From Paramecium tetraurelia (taxonomy: Eukaryota): a DNA stretch of 64,000 bases. The notes beneath the pieces are model-generated. The model saw only the letters and a list, made by a program, of their open reading frames with translations. It had not been told where the DNA came from and ran no database searches. The stretch's first letter is position 1. Each line of letters begins with the position of its first letter. The DNA is taken from contig CT867987.1 of NCBI GenBank assembly GCA_000165425.1, forward strand, positions 62,001 to 126,000, given 5' to 3'. Positions 15,699-29,294 of the stretch are shown here, piece after piece. The position numbers and the translations under genes are program-made.

Positions 15699-18600
15699 TC
15701 ATTTTTATTATTTTAGAATAATCTTTGAGATCTGTTCTAGTATCTCTTTTACTTTTATTCTGATTTCTTCAGATTTATGCGTTATTATTTACACCAATTA
15801 AGGCATTAGATAAAATAGATGTCCAAATTCACTTTATAGAAGTGATGTCTCAGGATAGGCTATAAAGTCACCACTTAATTATTAGAATAATAGAAATGAA
15901 TTATCAGGAATAGAAATCGATTGAAGATTGTTTAGCAAATCTAAGATTATTTTTTAATTATGCCCTTCATCTCCTATCCCTCTCTCCAATATTTTTTGGC
16001 TTGCATCCAATAAGTATGGTATGACAAATTGATTTTAAGACAAGAGGCATAACTTGTTTATTGCTATCTAAGAGTTGGCAGACATTTCATGTAATTTTTG
16101 TATAAATTACTGAAACTCAGAGGTCTCTGACAATTGGGGATTGCCTCTATAGATTTCTGTTATTAACTCAATCTAATAGAGTTCCAGCGATTGATTTTCT
16201 TGTTGCAGAATCTTGTTCTACCCTTGTTATTTATCTAAAAGGAATCTGTCTGGCAGGATTTGTTGCAATGCTTAAAGGACTTTGAGGGAATCTTCCTTAT
16301 TGGTTTGAAGGTAGGTTTTTGCTCTAGATAAATAGTTCTCAGCCATCATCATATAGATAGACTTATCCTCATTCAGTAGTTCTGAATAGTAAATGTATTG
16401 ATCATTGTTTCTCATTGTAATTAGAATGTATTCGTAGAGTTCTGAAAATTAAAAGAAGTGTTGGATGTTGTTATCCATCATCGTATTGAATTGAGAGAAA
16501 TGCCTTTTCAATAGCATATGCTTATATTTATCATTAGGAGGGTCTTTGATCAGTTCTTTAACGTTATAGATGATTCTTGGTATTAGTTTAGGACTTTGTT
16601 TTGGCAAGGTTTAGGACAAGGTTACTAAAATTTGTTTCGGTGCTAAATTGTCCTCAAAAAAGATTTTATTTTGAATCAAATCAATCTTCATATGAGCAAT
16701 CAATGGGAATTCCAAGATTTTATAGTAGGTGTCAATGACCTACTCTATCAAGATGTCTTTGCTTAATTTGATAATGTCATTTAATAACTCCAAAACATCA
16801 GGAGTTATATGTAGAATGACTGTTTTTAAATACTTGATATCTGAAGAAGGGAAGTTGAAGATCTCTGAAATTTGATTCAAAATCTCATCAAAATTTTAGA
16901 GACAAATTATTGGTTGATATAAAAATAATTCTCTTAATTGCTTCGTTGCTTCCATACTCAATAAAGCCTTGCTCTATTAAAACACAATAATGAAATCGGG
17001 GATCGATTAACGGATTATTGCTTCAATGTCTTAATCTCTAAATAAGATTCAAATATTCATTTACTTATTAGGTGAGGATTCCTCAATGACCAGAAAGTAC
17101 TTTTTGACCAATTTAACAAATGCCTAATAGACACTTTTAACAGTCTCCTCCCATTGTGATACATCAAGTTCTTTGGCTTGATTTTTATCCTAGAACACTT
17201 GGGTGATCTTATGCATTAATTCCAAAAAGATCTCCTCCAAAATCTTCTTCCATTCAAGGTATTAGTTTTATGAATTAAGATGTATGAGTAGATTGCTAAA
17301 TATATGAATAGCTGAATGTCTTATCTCAGGAATTGGATCAAGTGCAATAACTGACAATTTTTGAAATATCTCCTTTAAATTCATTTCTAATTATTCATTT
17401 GTGAGTAGGTTTCCTTATTCCTAATTTGAATTATTTTTGGTGATGTAATCTCCAAGATGCCAAAGCATGTTGCAAATTTAAAAATTGATATTCTACTCAT
17501 CTAAAAGGATAATAATAATGAAGTAATACTTGAATTTGATTTGAAATTATCAATGATATCGAATAATTAAAAGATTTATTTGCCATCCAAATTAGACAAA
17601 AATTAATTAATGATCTATTCAGTGCATCCCAGTCCTTATTTAACAAATAATGTGGTTTATTCTGAACTAATATTTAATAATAAAATTAAGATGGAATCCC
17701 AACCCTTATTTGAGACTTCATGACCATTATTTTGAATCATCTTCAGTATATTAGCGAGAATGATCTCCTTAATATCATTCAATCTTAATGTGCACATGTC
17801 CACCCATGGCTAAAATAGAGTTTATTGATATATAGAATCCTTGTTAGACCATTTGTCCTTAATAAATTGTTGGTTGTTTTGTTGTTGGTTCTTTTTATAG
17901 AATTTAGTTAAATATTCGAAACCATAAAAGATAATTTAAGATAAAGTATCGGCTGCATTCAAAACTAAGTTGGTATTACGTGATGATATTACCGATATAA
18001 AATGAGCAATTATCAATTCCCAAAATACATCTAACCTAAAAACGTTAAATTTAATTAATTCAACCAATTTTGAAAGTGAAAAATACTTCTTCTATTCTCC
18101 AAATTGCACATTTGATTTTTTCTAATCCATCGTCTATTGCTATTCCAAACACTCAATCGTTATCTGATTAATAGCATCCATGACAGTAATCAGATGTTCA
18201 TTGCCATAAGTAGGACTTTAAGAGAACAACTAATCCAGACTTTGGAATAGGATTGTGATGTCGAAGGTCTTGATCTACTCCTCCTAACTTGAATTTTTGG
18301 CTAGCCTATTCCTTAAGTAATGGTTTTCGCACTCTTCAAAGGTCTTAAAGATGCAAATCCAACTGCTGCATTCCAATAAGTCTAAGGCATTTTATTAATA
18401 ATCATACTTCCTAAACAGTTTGCTATGTTCAATACCATTTTGTTTATTTGGATATGTTTCTTCGCAAACTCCTCTCCCTGCATTGGTTTACAGAACTCGC
18501 AAATAGTTTTGATGAAAGCACTCTATGCAGATTTCATTTAGGTGGATCCCACGATGTTGATGTACTGTTAGAAAGCAATCAACAGATTTTGCAAGGTCTA

Positions 18601-20096
18601 CTCATCCAGTTCCTTCAACAACAGGTATTTGATTGCCCTCAAATTGTGTTTCCAAGTCAATTCTATGAGTTGACTAAATTTGTCATTTGATTATAATTTT
18701 ATTAGGTTTCCTAGTTATATTTTTTATTGATCTGCATAAACACATAATGAATTTGCAAATCGTGATTAAAATTCACTTAACATTCTACAAACTAAACCAT
18801 TATCACTAGGATATACTTCGCTATTATCTACTAAATTGATTGTAGGATGAGCCAATTCGACCAATCTTTTCCATTCAGCTTCACTTGGCTCCTACACTTC
18901 CTTAGCCAAGTTTGACAAAGTTGTTATAATCTCCAATATGATATTCTATATTATAATTCAATGATATATTTACTTTTTCGTTGCTGAGTGATTAAACCAG
19001 TTTATTCAAAAATACTTGATTCTAAACAAAATATATCAATGTTTAAAAAGCTAAGTTTTTATTAATGGAGTGTTCATTTTGTTTAATTTGACTTATCAAA
19101 ATAGTCCAAACCACTTCTGACTGCTCATTCTCCACCAATATTTTTAGACATTTATAGGTTTCAATGACTACCTAACTTCTTAACAAGGGAGTAGTAATGA
19201 TTTTCTTTAAAATTAAAATTAGATTATCTGTTAATAACTCTGATATTGTTTTGTACTATATGAAGAACTTCCCCATGCTGGTAAGAAAATTGTTGATGCT
19301 TGTCAAACCGAACTCTCTATCCAAAGGAACCAAAATAGGATACCAGTGTGGTCTGACATTATCACTTAATTTGATTAAATCAGATAACATAGAATGCAAA
19401 TTCTGAAATTCCTTTGAATGATCAATTGGTTAGGCCATTTATTATTAATTCTGCTCTTGTTGATTATCCAAATCTAAGACAATGTTCATTTCATCAAAGC
19501 CCTGTCCTGCTATTATTAATTGAGTTGAATCTGAAAGCAATTCGATTAGTCTTTATAAGGAAGTGGCAGCTGGTCCATGAATGATAGGAATCTTAGAGTT
19601 CTTCATATACAGGACTAGGGTTAAGCACTAGAAATGAGATTAAAATTCTACTTTTTCAACAAAACTATAATTGCCGAAATTGATGAAATCCTAATGGACA
19701 AAGGTATTGAAACTTTAGATGAGCTTATAATAGAGTTCCTCTTTCTGGATGTCTTTGATTTTCAAAAAGTAGTCAAGGACATCTTCTATCATTTAAATCT
19801 ATAAATTAGGAGTGTGCCATTACATCGTTAATAACTTTCAAATTGATTAGCTTGAGAAGGAAGGATATAAAGGAAGTGTGAAACTTGGCTGATCTCAATT
19901 GTCCTTGAGCTGGGATTAGACACTTTTGTATTTCTGCTCTGGGAATGTCTTGCACACCATTTTTTTTATTCTCTTCCAATACTCTCTAAAAGTTATTGAG
20001 AGCATCCTTCATGGGAATGTACTTTTTTTTCGAAGAAAGGGATTGCCTAATGAAAGCGATTTCTCGCAAGGCCAATTAAACTCTAGATTCTTGCAT
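15699..20096 (-). CDS. MON2: MON2-like Golgi/endosomal scaffold (Sec7-related HEAT protein)
   Basis: N-terminal SSKKKYIPMKDA, IHGPAATSLQRL and PHWYPILVPLDREFGL; C-terminal FGHLFYLMPQLVQIITHKSEEIR. All resemble MON2 signature segments. Confidence 0.75.
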
Positions 20097-20097
20097 T

Positions 20098-22060
20098 TCA
20101 AATAAGTAATTGAAATAATTTATTCAATTCTTTTTATATACTCTTGCCTAGGTCACTCTTGGTAAGTTCATTGAGATAGGATTGGATATGAATTTCTTAA
20201 TCCTGTTGTAACCCCCTCTGGATACTAAATAAAATGGTTGTAATATGAATATAATTTTGTTTCCATTTCTTAAAGATATCCATAATCATTTTGCAAGCAC
20301 TGAATTGGAGATCCCTAAGTTACTTATTTTTTTTATCTTTGAGTTATTTTGAGATTTCGATATGCTTATCAATATGCTCAACAATAGTGTCATCATTCCC
20401 TTGACATAATTGCAGAAGCACCTTCGATAACAGTCCAATCTATTGAGCCCCATGTTTAGTTGTCTATTATTTATTATTCCTATTAACTAAATGATGAAGT
20501 AACTCGCAAATTTGTTTAGTATTCCGTTCCAATTTGCAAGTACTACTTAAGAAACCTTCATTAATTATTTCGAAATCATGAAATGGAATTTCTAAGTCTC
20601 TCATTAAAGTGCCAAGAGAACTAAATAAAGCATCCATTTCATTATTGTTGTTGTAGATAGTAAATAAAAGATCTTTGAGTCTTTTACGTAATCCTGTGTT
20701 GCTTAACTAAGTTATAGATTCAATTATTTTCAAGGAGAAGCCCTGATTCAACACTTAATCCAATAAACTACACAATTCTTCACCATCCCCATAAGATGAT
20801 TTACTTAATTGACTTAGCATACTCCTATTCTTACTTTTGTTGTGTCTTGTTGATTGTGAATTATAATTACTACATACTGAATTAAAACATTTAATTAATT
20901 TGTCATCTAATCCGACTGAGAATCGACTATGAACTTCACTTGTTCGAGTTGTGAAATTCGATTAGCATTTCTTCAAAGTTTCATTCTCCTCTTAAACTGT
21001 CTCCAAATCTTATAAAGACTTTGCAAACAATGATGTTAATTGAGCAATTTATTCATTCATTGAATTTATTTGGTTTGATTATAGTGTAATCTTATCATTC
21101 ATTTATTAGCTCAAACTCAACAACTCCTTCCTTTAATCGTCTATAATTTTATATTCTTCCTGCAACTTATTATATTGTTCATTCAATTTATCGTACTCTT
21201 CGTTATTAGTAGCCTTATTTTTCAATAAAACTACTTCAGTTTCTTTCTATTGTAACTAATAAAGCAAGTCTCGTTTATGACTAAAATCTATAAGAGTTTC
21301 TATTAATTGCTCATAGTCAAATTCTTAAATCTCATTCTCTTGATTCAATGATTAGGCAACTGCCAATAACTCTGAAATTGGTTTTTTATAATTTTAATTC
21401 ATTATCAATTTTAAAGCCACTTTATACTTGTTTAATTAGTCTTCCAATTTATTGATTATATCGGTCTACAAAGCTAAATTCTACTCATATTTAGTATTCT
21501 GATCGATTAGATAATATTCGACGGCTTCCTAGAGTGACTTGACTTTCTCAAAACTTTGTTGCTGTAGTTTCCTCCATAATTTCAACATTGAATCTTCCCT
21601 CTTACATTGTTCTTCCAATAATTTTTGGTAATAATCTATGGATGTTACTGGCAGGATGCTTTATTAGATCATTTGCTTATTTGATGTTTGGAGTGGGGAT
21701 GAATAAAGACTTCTTCTCTCTTTTTTCCTTTAGATTACAAATTAATTTAGTTATGCTATTTCTTCAATCTGTTTAGATATGATGTGTTTCTGCTATGTAA
21801 TTGATTTAGTCAATTCTGCATTTCTAAGTTAGACATTGTATTTACTTTAACAACTCAGAGTCCAAACTATTTTAAGTTTGAATTTGCATATTGTTCACTA
21901 CATTCAATAGTTTCTCCTTTTCTTCCATGTTCTTATTAAGGAGATGTTAAATGTCTGAAATAACAGAGAGCAACTCATTCTATTATTGTTCATTAAGAGT
22001 ACTCAGGAATTTGGTTAATCCACTATGTCTTTCTAAGTTCACTTGATAGTTATTAAACAT
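20098..22060 (-). CDS. Coiled-coil protein of unknown function
   Basis: ATG at 22060 (MFNNYQVNLERHSGLTKF), long Gln/Glu/Lys-rich helical frame, ends KELNKLFQLLI-TGA. Confidence 0.65.
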
Positions 22061-22133
22061 TTTAAAAAAATAATCGTTTAATAATTTGAAATACTAATTA
22101 TTGTCATTAAAATATAAATACTCTTAAAAGCCA

Positions 22134-23004
22134 TCAATTTAGTCTTCTTTTCTTAATTGTCTTTGTAAAATATTAAATGTTGTATCTGAAACAGGTTTCC
22201 ACATTAGTTTTGCCCTCTTTTGTTACTCCATAACTCCACAGACAATTTCCAAAGAACTCTTTACAAAAAATACTACCAATATCACTTTGAATGAAGAGAT
22301 CAAGTTTTTGTTTGGAGATTCTCTCAGATTTCATTTCAAGAAATCTCTTGATTTCTGGGTTATTTAATATCATTTTAATTTCAGGATCTTCCGAATCTTT
22401 CACTACACTTGTTATGAAGTCCTTGATGCGTCGAGCTAAACATTTTGGAAGATTCTTGGTTTCCCCAGGAAATTTTGTAGGCACTCTAGTTGAGACAAGA
22501 GTTCTCTATCTATTATCAATTCTATGTTCTTATTCAGAAGGTGTCTAATCAACAATAAAGCCCTCATTAGAAAATAATTATTAATTTTGATCTTAACTAT
22601 AAATCTCAGATAGATACCACTATCAAAATTTACATTGTCAGTTCCTTAATACTATTCATTGTTATATACCTATTCATCACTTAAACCAGGTTGTTCTTGA
22701 AATAATAAGCTTAGATAAGTACCTATTTCTTCAGCATCATAACTCTGAACCTCTTCAACCTAAACATCATCATTGTGAAACTTGAGCTATTAATTGTAAC
22801 CTTGTAATTATAAAACTCAGATAAATACCACAATCGTCCTCCTAATAGTTATTTAATTGTTGTTATTCTAAGATAAACTAAAGTATTATTACTATCTATT
22901 GAACCTTACTAAATTTTATCAGTATCCCCTTCACATTTTTTTACAAGCTACCCTTCTTGATTAATAGAGGGTTCCAAACTTTCCACTACTATTTTCTTTT
23001 CCAT
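22134..23004 (-). CDS. Ciliate-type hypothetical protein (ETKNLPK motif); start uncertain
   Basis: Acidic/Gln-rich N-part, then PGETKNLPKCLARRIKDFI...FCKEFFGN...KKRRLN-TGA. Confidence 0.6.
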
Positions 23005-24335
23005 AATTTTTAATTATAATAATAATGAAAATCAAATGACAAGTTATGAATCATCTATTTACAAGGATTAAATCTTTCTCCAAATTCTATTACCTAATAA
23101 ATTACCTCATTTTAGACCAAGTAGAATATTTTTCCTTTTGCTTCTAATATCTATTCTCAATCAATCTATGAATAGAAATTACTCAATTATGATATATAAT
23201 AATAAAAAGTTAATAATTAATATCACATTGTATCTCCATGAACCTTAATTGCTCTAAATCAATTTAATAGTATTTTTGAACAGACTTACATGACATAATC
23301 CTACTCCTAAAATTTCATTAAAATTTTTTAACTTTTCTTTATTATTTTAGTACTATTTGATCAGAGGACTCTTATTATTCGATTCCTATAAGATGATCTT
23401 CGATCCTAGTAGATCAGATGCAGTTTTTGGCTTTCCAAAACTCACAAATTTCACAAAAATCATACAAAAAATTAAACAGAAAGTTATAGCTTTCCCAACT
23501 GCACGCTTAGCCAATTTAGATATTTAAGTTGACTTAAAAGAAATTAGAGCATAGCATGGTTGAGCTTAAACCCACATTATAACTACTTTGAGAATTTCTG
23601 ATTCTTAATTCTATATTTTTAAGCATAATTCAAGAAAAATTGTCATTCAGTTTAACCAAAAATTACAAGAGAACTCTTAACCAGTAAACTAGTCCTCTTC
23701 ATATAATATTAAGAAACGTTAATTATATGTATCTGAAAGAGTAGAAAGGTGTAATAATGTGTTAAGCAGAATTGTAAGAGAACAGGATAATAATTATTAA
23801 TTTTAACCATTTGATGTCTTATTTGATTGACTCTCACTTAAACTCTTCACATTTTACTCAATAAAGTGTTATTATAAAATCCTCATCCTTAAATAACAAA
23901 TACCTTTAAGTTATATTGCTTGGACGCATCTTATAAAATATCCAATTCATGAGCTATGTTATTATATTCTGTGGTATGATCAAACCCTTTAAAAGCTTTC
24001 TAAATTTTTTGACATTCCAATCCTTTTTAACTTATTAAGCATTTAGAAATTCACAGCAGAACCTGTCATATCTTCATTTGAATCTCAGTAAATACTATAA
24101 TATTCACATGCATCTCTTTTATATCTTCTTATTATGAGAACTAATCATAACTCTTAATTTTTCATACAATTTGAGTTTATATGCCAACTTAATTTTTCAG
24201 ATGTTAACAATAATTGATAATTTAGTATGGCTTTGCTGTTTCTTTATATTATGTTTTATGATTCTAGGGATTTTATAAATCATTTTTATGAATCTATTGG
24301 ATTATTTAAACATGTTAAACTTATATTTTAATATT

Positions 24336-26425
24336 TCAATATTTTTGGTATGGATATCCTGGATTGTTCTAATTTGAAGATTGGGCTCTCCATTGGTTTA
24401 AATGTTAAACGATTCCATCTTAGAACTCCTTGAAAGTGATTTCATGGCTTCGGTCAACATCAAAAATCCAAAATGCCTGGCTAATATCTTGATCTGTTAA
24501 TTGACTATCGATTTTCCTATGGAATAAGATTAGTTAATCGGAATACCTGAGCATAACTCCAAACTCCTTCACATCCAAGGTTTGTGAGTCTGATTTATCA
24601 TACTTTCTGAATAAATCGAAAATGTTGATATTATATTTTTCAATAGCAATAACCAATTTTTAGATGGTCATCATGGCTCTTTCTTAAGCTAAATTTTGAG
24701 GTGTGGGATATTAGTGATTTGGTACATAAGCTGGAGGTTGTTGATAGCCTTGATTGTACTATTATGAATTGTTCATTTGAGGATAGGGTGGTTGTGGTTA
24801 AATAGGGTAATTTTGTTAACTTTAAGAGGCAGTCATGGGCTACTAACCTGGAGGATATTGATATTATTGATATTATTATTGTGGATAATACTATTATTGT
24901 TATGGTGGATATTATTAATATTATTATGGATAGTGCTAGGATGGTTATATTGGTTATGATACTTATTACTATTATAGGGACTGTTAATTTGAATATTATT
25001 TTTAATATTGTTATTGTTATTGATATTGATTTACTATTTATTATGAATGTTAAGTAGGAGATGTGCTTTATTATTATTATGTCTATGAATTATCAAATTC
25101 TGGTACAGGTTAATCCGAATTGTTGGGATTAACCTTTGGCATTTCCAAAGTACCTCTTCTTGAAAAATTAGATTTAGGCTGGTTTCTCATGGACATTTAA
25201 ACTTGATTCTCCTCTAACCATTTTTTGAATTCATTCAACTCAATAGAGTTACTTCCATCCAGATCTATTTTATTGAACATGTATTCGATCTCTTCTCTCT
25301 CCAATTTTGGATCAATCTCATGCAACAACAACGTTAATCTAATAAAATTACTCAGAATACTCTTTCATATCAAGTGACTTATCTCCTGATTTGTCATACT
25401 TGTTGAACACCTTTTCTAAATCAATCTTATCCTTCATAACTTTAAATCTCAGATCTTAAACCAAAAACATTGCCTTATCTTCCAGTTGCTTGGCTTGATT
25501 CGTGTAAAATGAAAAACTCTAGCAAAAACAAGGATGTCTATACAATTGATCCCAACCCAATCTGTCCTTCTCTTGCAATTGCAGACATCCTTTGAGCATG
25601 TCTATGATTTAAGGGTCGACATTTTTATCCTGAGGGAATTTCAGAGGCTGGGAGGTGATATTCTTCACTAATTCTGGGATGGATCTAGCAGTCCAAGGAG
25701 CTAGGAGATTATCTGGGAATTGATTACTTTGTCCGAAGAGAGTCTCATAGAAGATGAAGCCCAGGGACCAAATATCACTCTTAGAAGTGTATTTCTCAGC
25801 CTTCAGTAATTGGAGAGACTGATAGAGAGGTGTACCGACAATAGACTCTATCATCTATTTCCTAAAGTTATCGATGGCTTTGGAAAATCCGAAATCTAGA
25901 AATAGCGTTAGGACATGATATCTTACCTGCAATTTTATAAATGCCCTTGCTTATAAGGATGTTAGCTGGCTTTAAGTCGCGATGAATGATTCCCTTCTTC
26001 ACTAATTCCATCATGCCAAGAAGAACGTCCACAAAAAATTACATGGCTTCCTTCTGAGGTAAGAATTTCCTCTTTTTCAATTGACTAAGTATAATTCAAA
26101 TGTTACTGTTGGAAATCTCCACCGTCGCAATATTCCTAGACTATATAGTAATTGTTCGGTGTTTCAAGCACATCAATTAGCTTGACAACATTGTTACCCT
26201 ACAGGAAACCCATGATCTTGATTTCATTCAATAACCCGTCTCTCAAATATTCATCCTCATTAATGACTGCCTTTTTGAGCATCTTTATAGCTACCCATTC
26301 CTTTGTTTTTTCATCCTAACCTTTAAAGACCTAAAAGTGCTGAGTTCTATTACTTGTCCATAAGATCCCTCTCCCAACATGTCACTCATCTTGAAGACAA
26401 ATCGATCGACCTTCTTTTCTCCCAT
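24336..26425 (-). CDS. ULK/Atg1-like Ser/Thr kinase with two EF-hand pairs separated by a Gln/Pro-rich linker
   Basis: LGEGSYGQV, VAIK, YCDGGDF, IHRDLKPANIL, DFG, VGTPLYQS, KSDIWSLG. EF loops DKSGDKSLDMKE, DLDGSNSIELNE, DKSDSQTLDVKE, DVDRSHEITFKE. Six introns of 22-31 nt. Confidence 0.88.
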
Positions 26426-26459
26426 TTTATTTAAATTATATATATATATATATCAATTT

Positions 26460-28360
26460 TCACTAAAATTCATTGTATCCAAAAACCCAATTGGATTACC
26501 ATGGATTGATGCACAAATTGCCATGTGAGCCTCTCTAAACGACAATCAAGATAATCAACAATACTAAGAAGGCTATGCTCAGCCAAAATGCCCAAGTAAC
26601 CCAAAGGCCAATAGTAGAATATTATGAATAAGCGAAATTATGCAATTGTTAAATAGCCTAAAAATAAAATACAAGGACTTACATTTTTGATTCCTTTATC
26701 ATTGAAGCACTCATTATCCAATTATGACTTGAATCTTGAATCTACATTTCTCAAACCATCCTAAACAATCAGATCACAATACTTACATCACCACTCAAGT
26801 TATAGAAATAGAGGGATCCAAATACGATGCACAATATAGCTACAATGACAGCAACAAGAATCAAAATCTTTGGTTACTTTATTTATGACACATTCAAACT
26901 TTGGAAATTCTAAATATGATATTAAAATATACTCTGCTTCTAATTAAATAAAGATAAACAAACAACACTATTCCGACTACACAAATCCAAAAGATTATGA
27001 TGCTGAACCATCTTCTGTATGTGTAGATATCTTCACTGTCCTCCACAATCTAATTGACATCGCCTGGTGAAAGTGTGCTGCATTCAGAAGTTGGATTCAC
27101 TGTTATTCTTCTGATACCTTCCAATGTGTATGAATCAGATTCAACCTCGTATGACAAGTATCCTGGGATTCCATGGAGTGTTGATAATATTCCATTTTAG
27201 TCGTGAACCTTCTTTGCTGTGAGAGTATCAATCTTAACAGCTTCATTTTAGAAGTTACCAAAATCATCACAACCAGTTGCTGGCTTCTTCAATAATGGAT
27301 ATGATTATTAAGACTCAAAGGCTGTTGTGGTGATATCATTGAAACATGGAGCTGAATTCTTGTTTTATTCTGAATTTCCAGGGATAATTTAAAATTAGAC
27401 AATTGGAATTCCATCATATGATTTTCTATACCATTTGTCACCAATCTTCACTACTTAAGTGTTCAATGATATGGGATCTGAATCTGTGGTTGGATCATAA
27501 CTTAATAATGTCAAATCTGAAAGTGGGCAGCTCTTTGTAAGATCTCCGCCAGTTGGAACACAAACGTTACCACATTTCTTGTATCCTTCAGAACAACTAT
27601 TGCCATTCAATTTTGACCAGCCTACTGTTAGTTTCTGACAGATTCTTCCCCCATTCCAAGTTTAAAATGATTTAGAATCTTGACTGTCTATTGAATCACA
27701 TCCACTTCTAGCCCAACAAAATCCTTCCTTCTTGATTTATTTATCACAAATGCATCCAGAATTAATTCCTGGCCATTCTCCCAAAGTTGATATAGTGAAT
27801 CCTTCAGGACATAATTCTGTCACTGCTTTGTGTTAGAAATGGCTGTGCATACTTGATGAACTTACAGTATGTGGAGCTACTATATCAGCTATTGGGGTTA
27901 ATGCTTAATTGTGACTAAATGATTTCAAGACATTGTTAATTGGTTCCTGATTAAAATCTCTGTTTTATTGAGCTATTATCATGCTCATAAAGCATAATAT
28001 AGCCACAAAGAAAAGGATTGGAATGAAATACACACACCAATCAATACAATAAGATCCTTTACTTTTAATTGTCGAAACTTATTAAAATGCCACTGGATTT
28101 TAATGAATTGTTGGAGATTAAACCTAACCAGTAGTAATAACTTTGTGTTCATACACAGTTTATGTGCCTTATTGAGGTGTCTACTATATGTAGCTGCTTT
28201 AGGGTTGTTATTAAAAACCTAAAGAACCCCCCTATGCTTTTGGAGGACTTCTCTAAGCATATGTGTCTACTCCTTAATATTAAGGAGGAAACACTTGTTA
28301 TTGTTGTTGTTATTAGACACCAAACATTGTTGGCTGCTATTGATTTCGATTATCAAACAT
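26460..28360 (-). CDS. Multi-pass membrane protein with Cys-rich extracellular domain
   Basis: Gln/Pro-rich N-terminus, TM segment, then CPEGF..WPGINSGCIC..WNGGRIC..CSEGYKKCGNVCVP..CPLSD, and further TM helices near the C-terminus. Confidence 0.7.
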
Positions 28361-28492
28361 AAAATAAAATTTATTTTTGAAAAATAAAATTTATTGGAGA
28401 ATAATAATGATATGTGCTTAACCCCCCTTTTCAAGGATCAGTTGAATTTCTTTTGATGAGAAATTAATTTTAAATAAATAAAAAATAACTAA

Positions 28493-29294
28493 TCATTCAT
28501 TTTTTCGTCCAAACAATAGCTTTTTTGATTAATTCATGTAAAATCTCCTCGAAGATCTTGTGCTTTCGACAAAACTGCTCATTTTGTTCGGAGACATGGA
28601 TGACTTCTGAGGTGTTTCAAACTCACTGAAGTCATCGTATTGCAAATTCTTAGTTGTCATCAAATCATTGAAATCTTTCATGAGTCCTTGCATGATTGCA
28701 CGTAATTTACATAAGTATTTCTATTTTTTTAATTTAATCTTTTATTTCTCATCTTGAAATATCTCAGAAGCCTTTATATAATTCTTCTAGATCTTCGGAG
28801 CCTCCTAATAGAACTTTACCAAATCATTCAATTCCTCCTGACTTATTGAATGCACATCATTCACATTTCTCAATGAATCCAACTCCTGGTTTTTATTTTC
28901 TTGCAAAGCATTATAGCTATCCAATAATTTTTCATTCTCACCATCCAACATGCTCTTCAAATCGCTTTTAATGCTTGTAAATCTATATTATATACAAGAA
29001 AGACAATTCTCTAATTCTTTCTCAATTTGCTTCTCCAAATCCTATTGAACTTCATTTGCAATCGGTTGGAATTCGATTTAATCAAATTAATCCAACTTTT
29101 GTTTCACTTAATCATGAAATTATTCAACAGTCTTCCTTTAATGAGTAACATGATCTTCCAAAAAACAATCAGCACAACCTTGTCACATTAAGTAAAATAC
29201 CAATCTTTTGTTAAGTCTAACAAATTGGATCTACACAAATATATTTGTTTTTCTGTGAATCATGGTTTGGGTTTTAACAGTTGATTAAATCCAT
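28493..29294 (-). CDS. B-box-like zinc finger plus coiled-coil protein
   Basis: MDLINCQNPNH..YICVDPIC..[intron]GCADCFLEDHVTH, then coiled coil, ending FGRKNE-TGA. Confidence 0.7.

Noticed and set aside
23180..24290. Possible plus-strand gene
   Set aside because: The frames examined are interrupted by TGA and show no recognisable domain. It may be a pseudogene, but cannot be supported.
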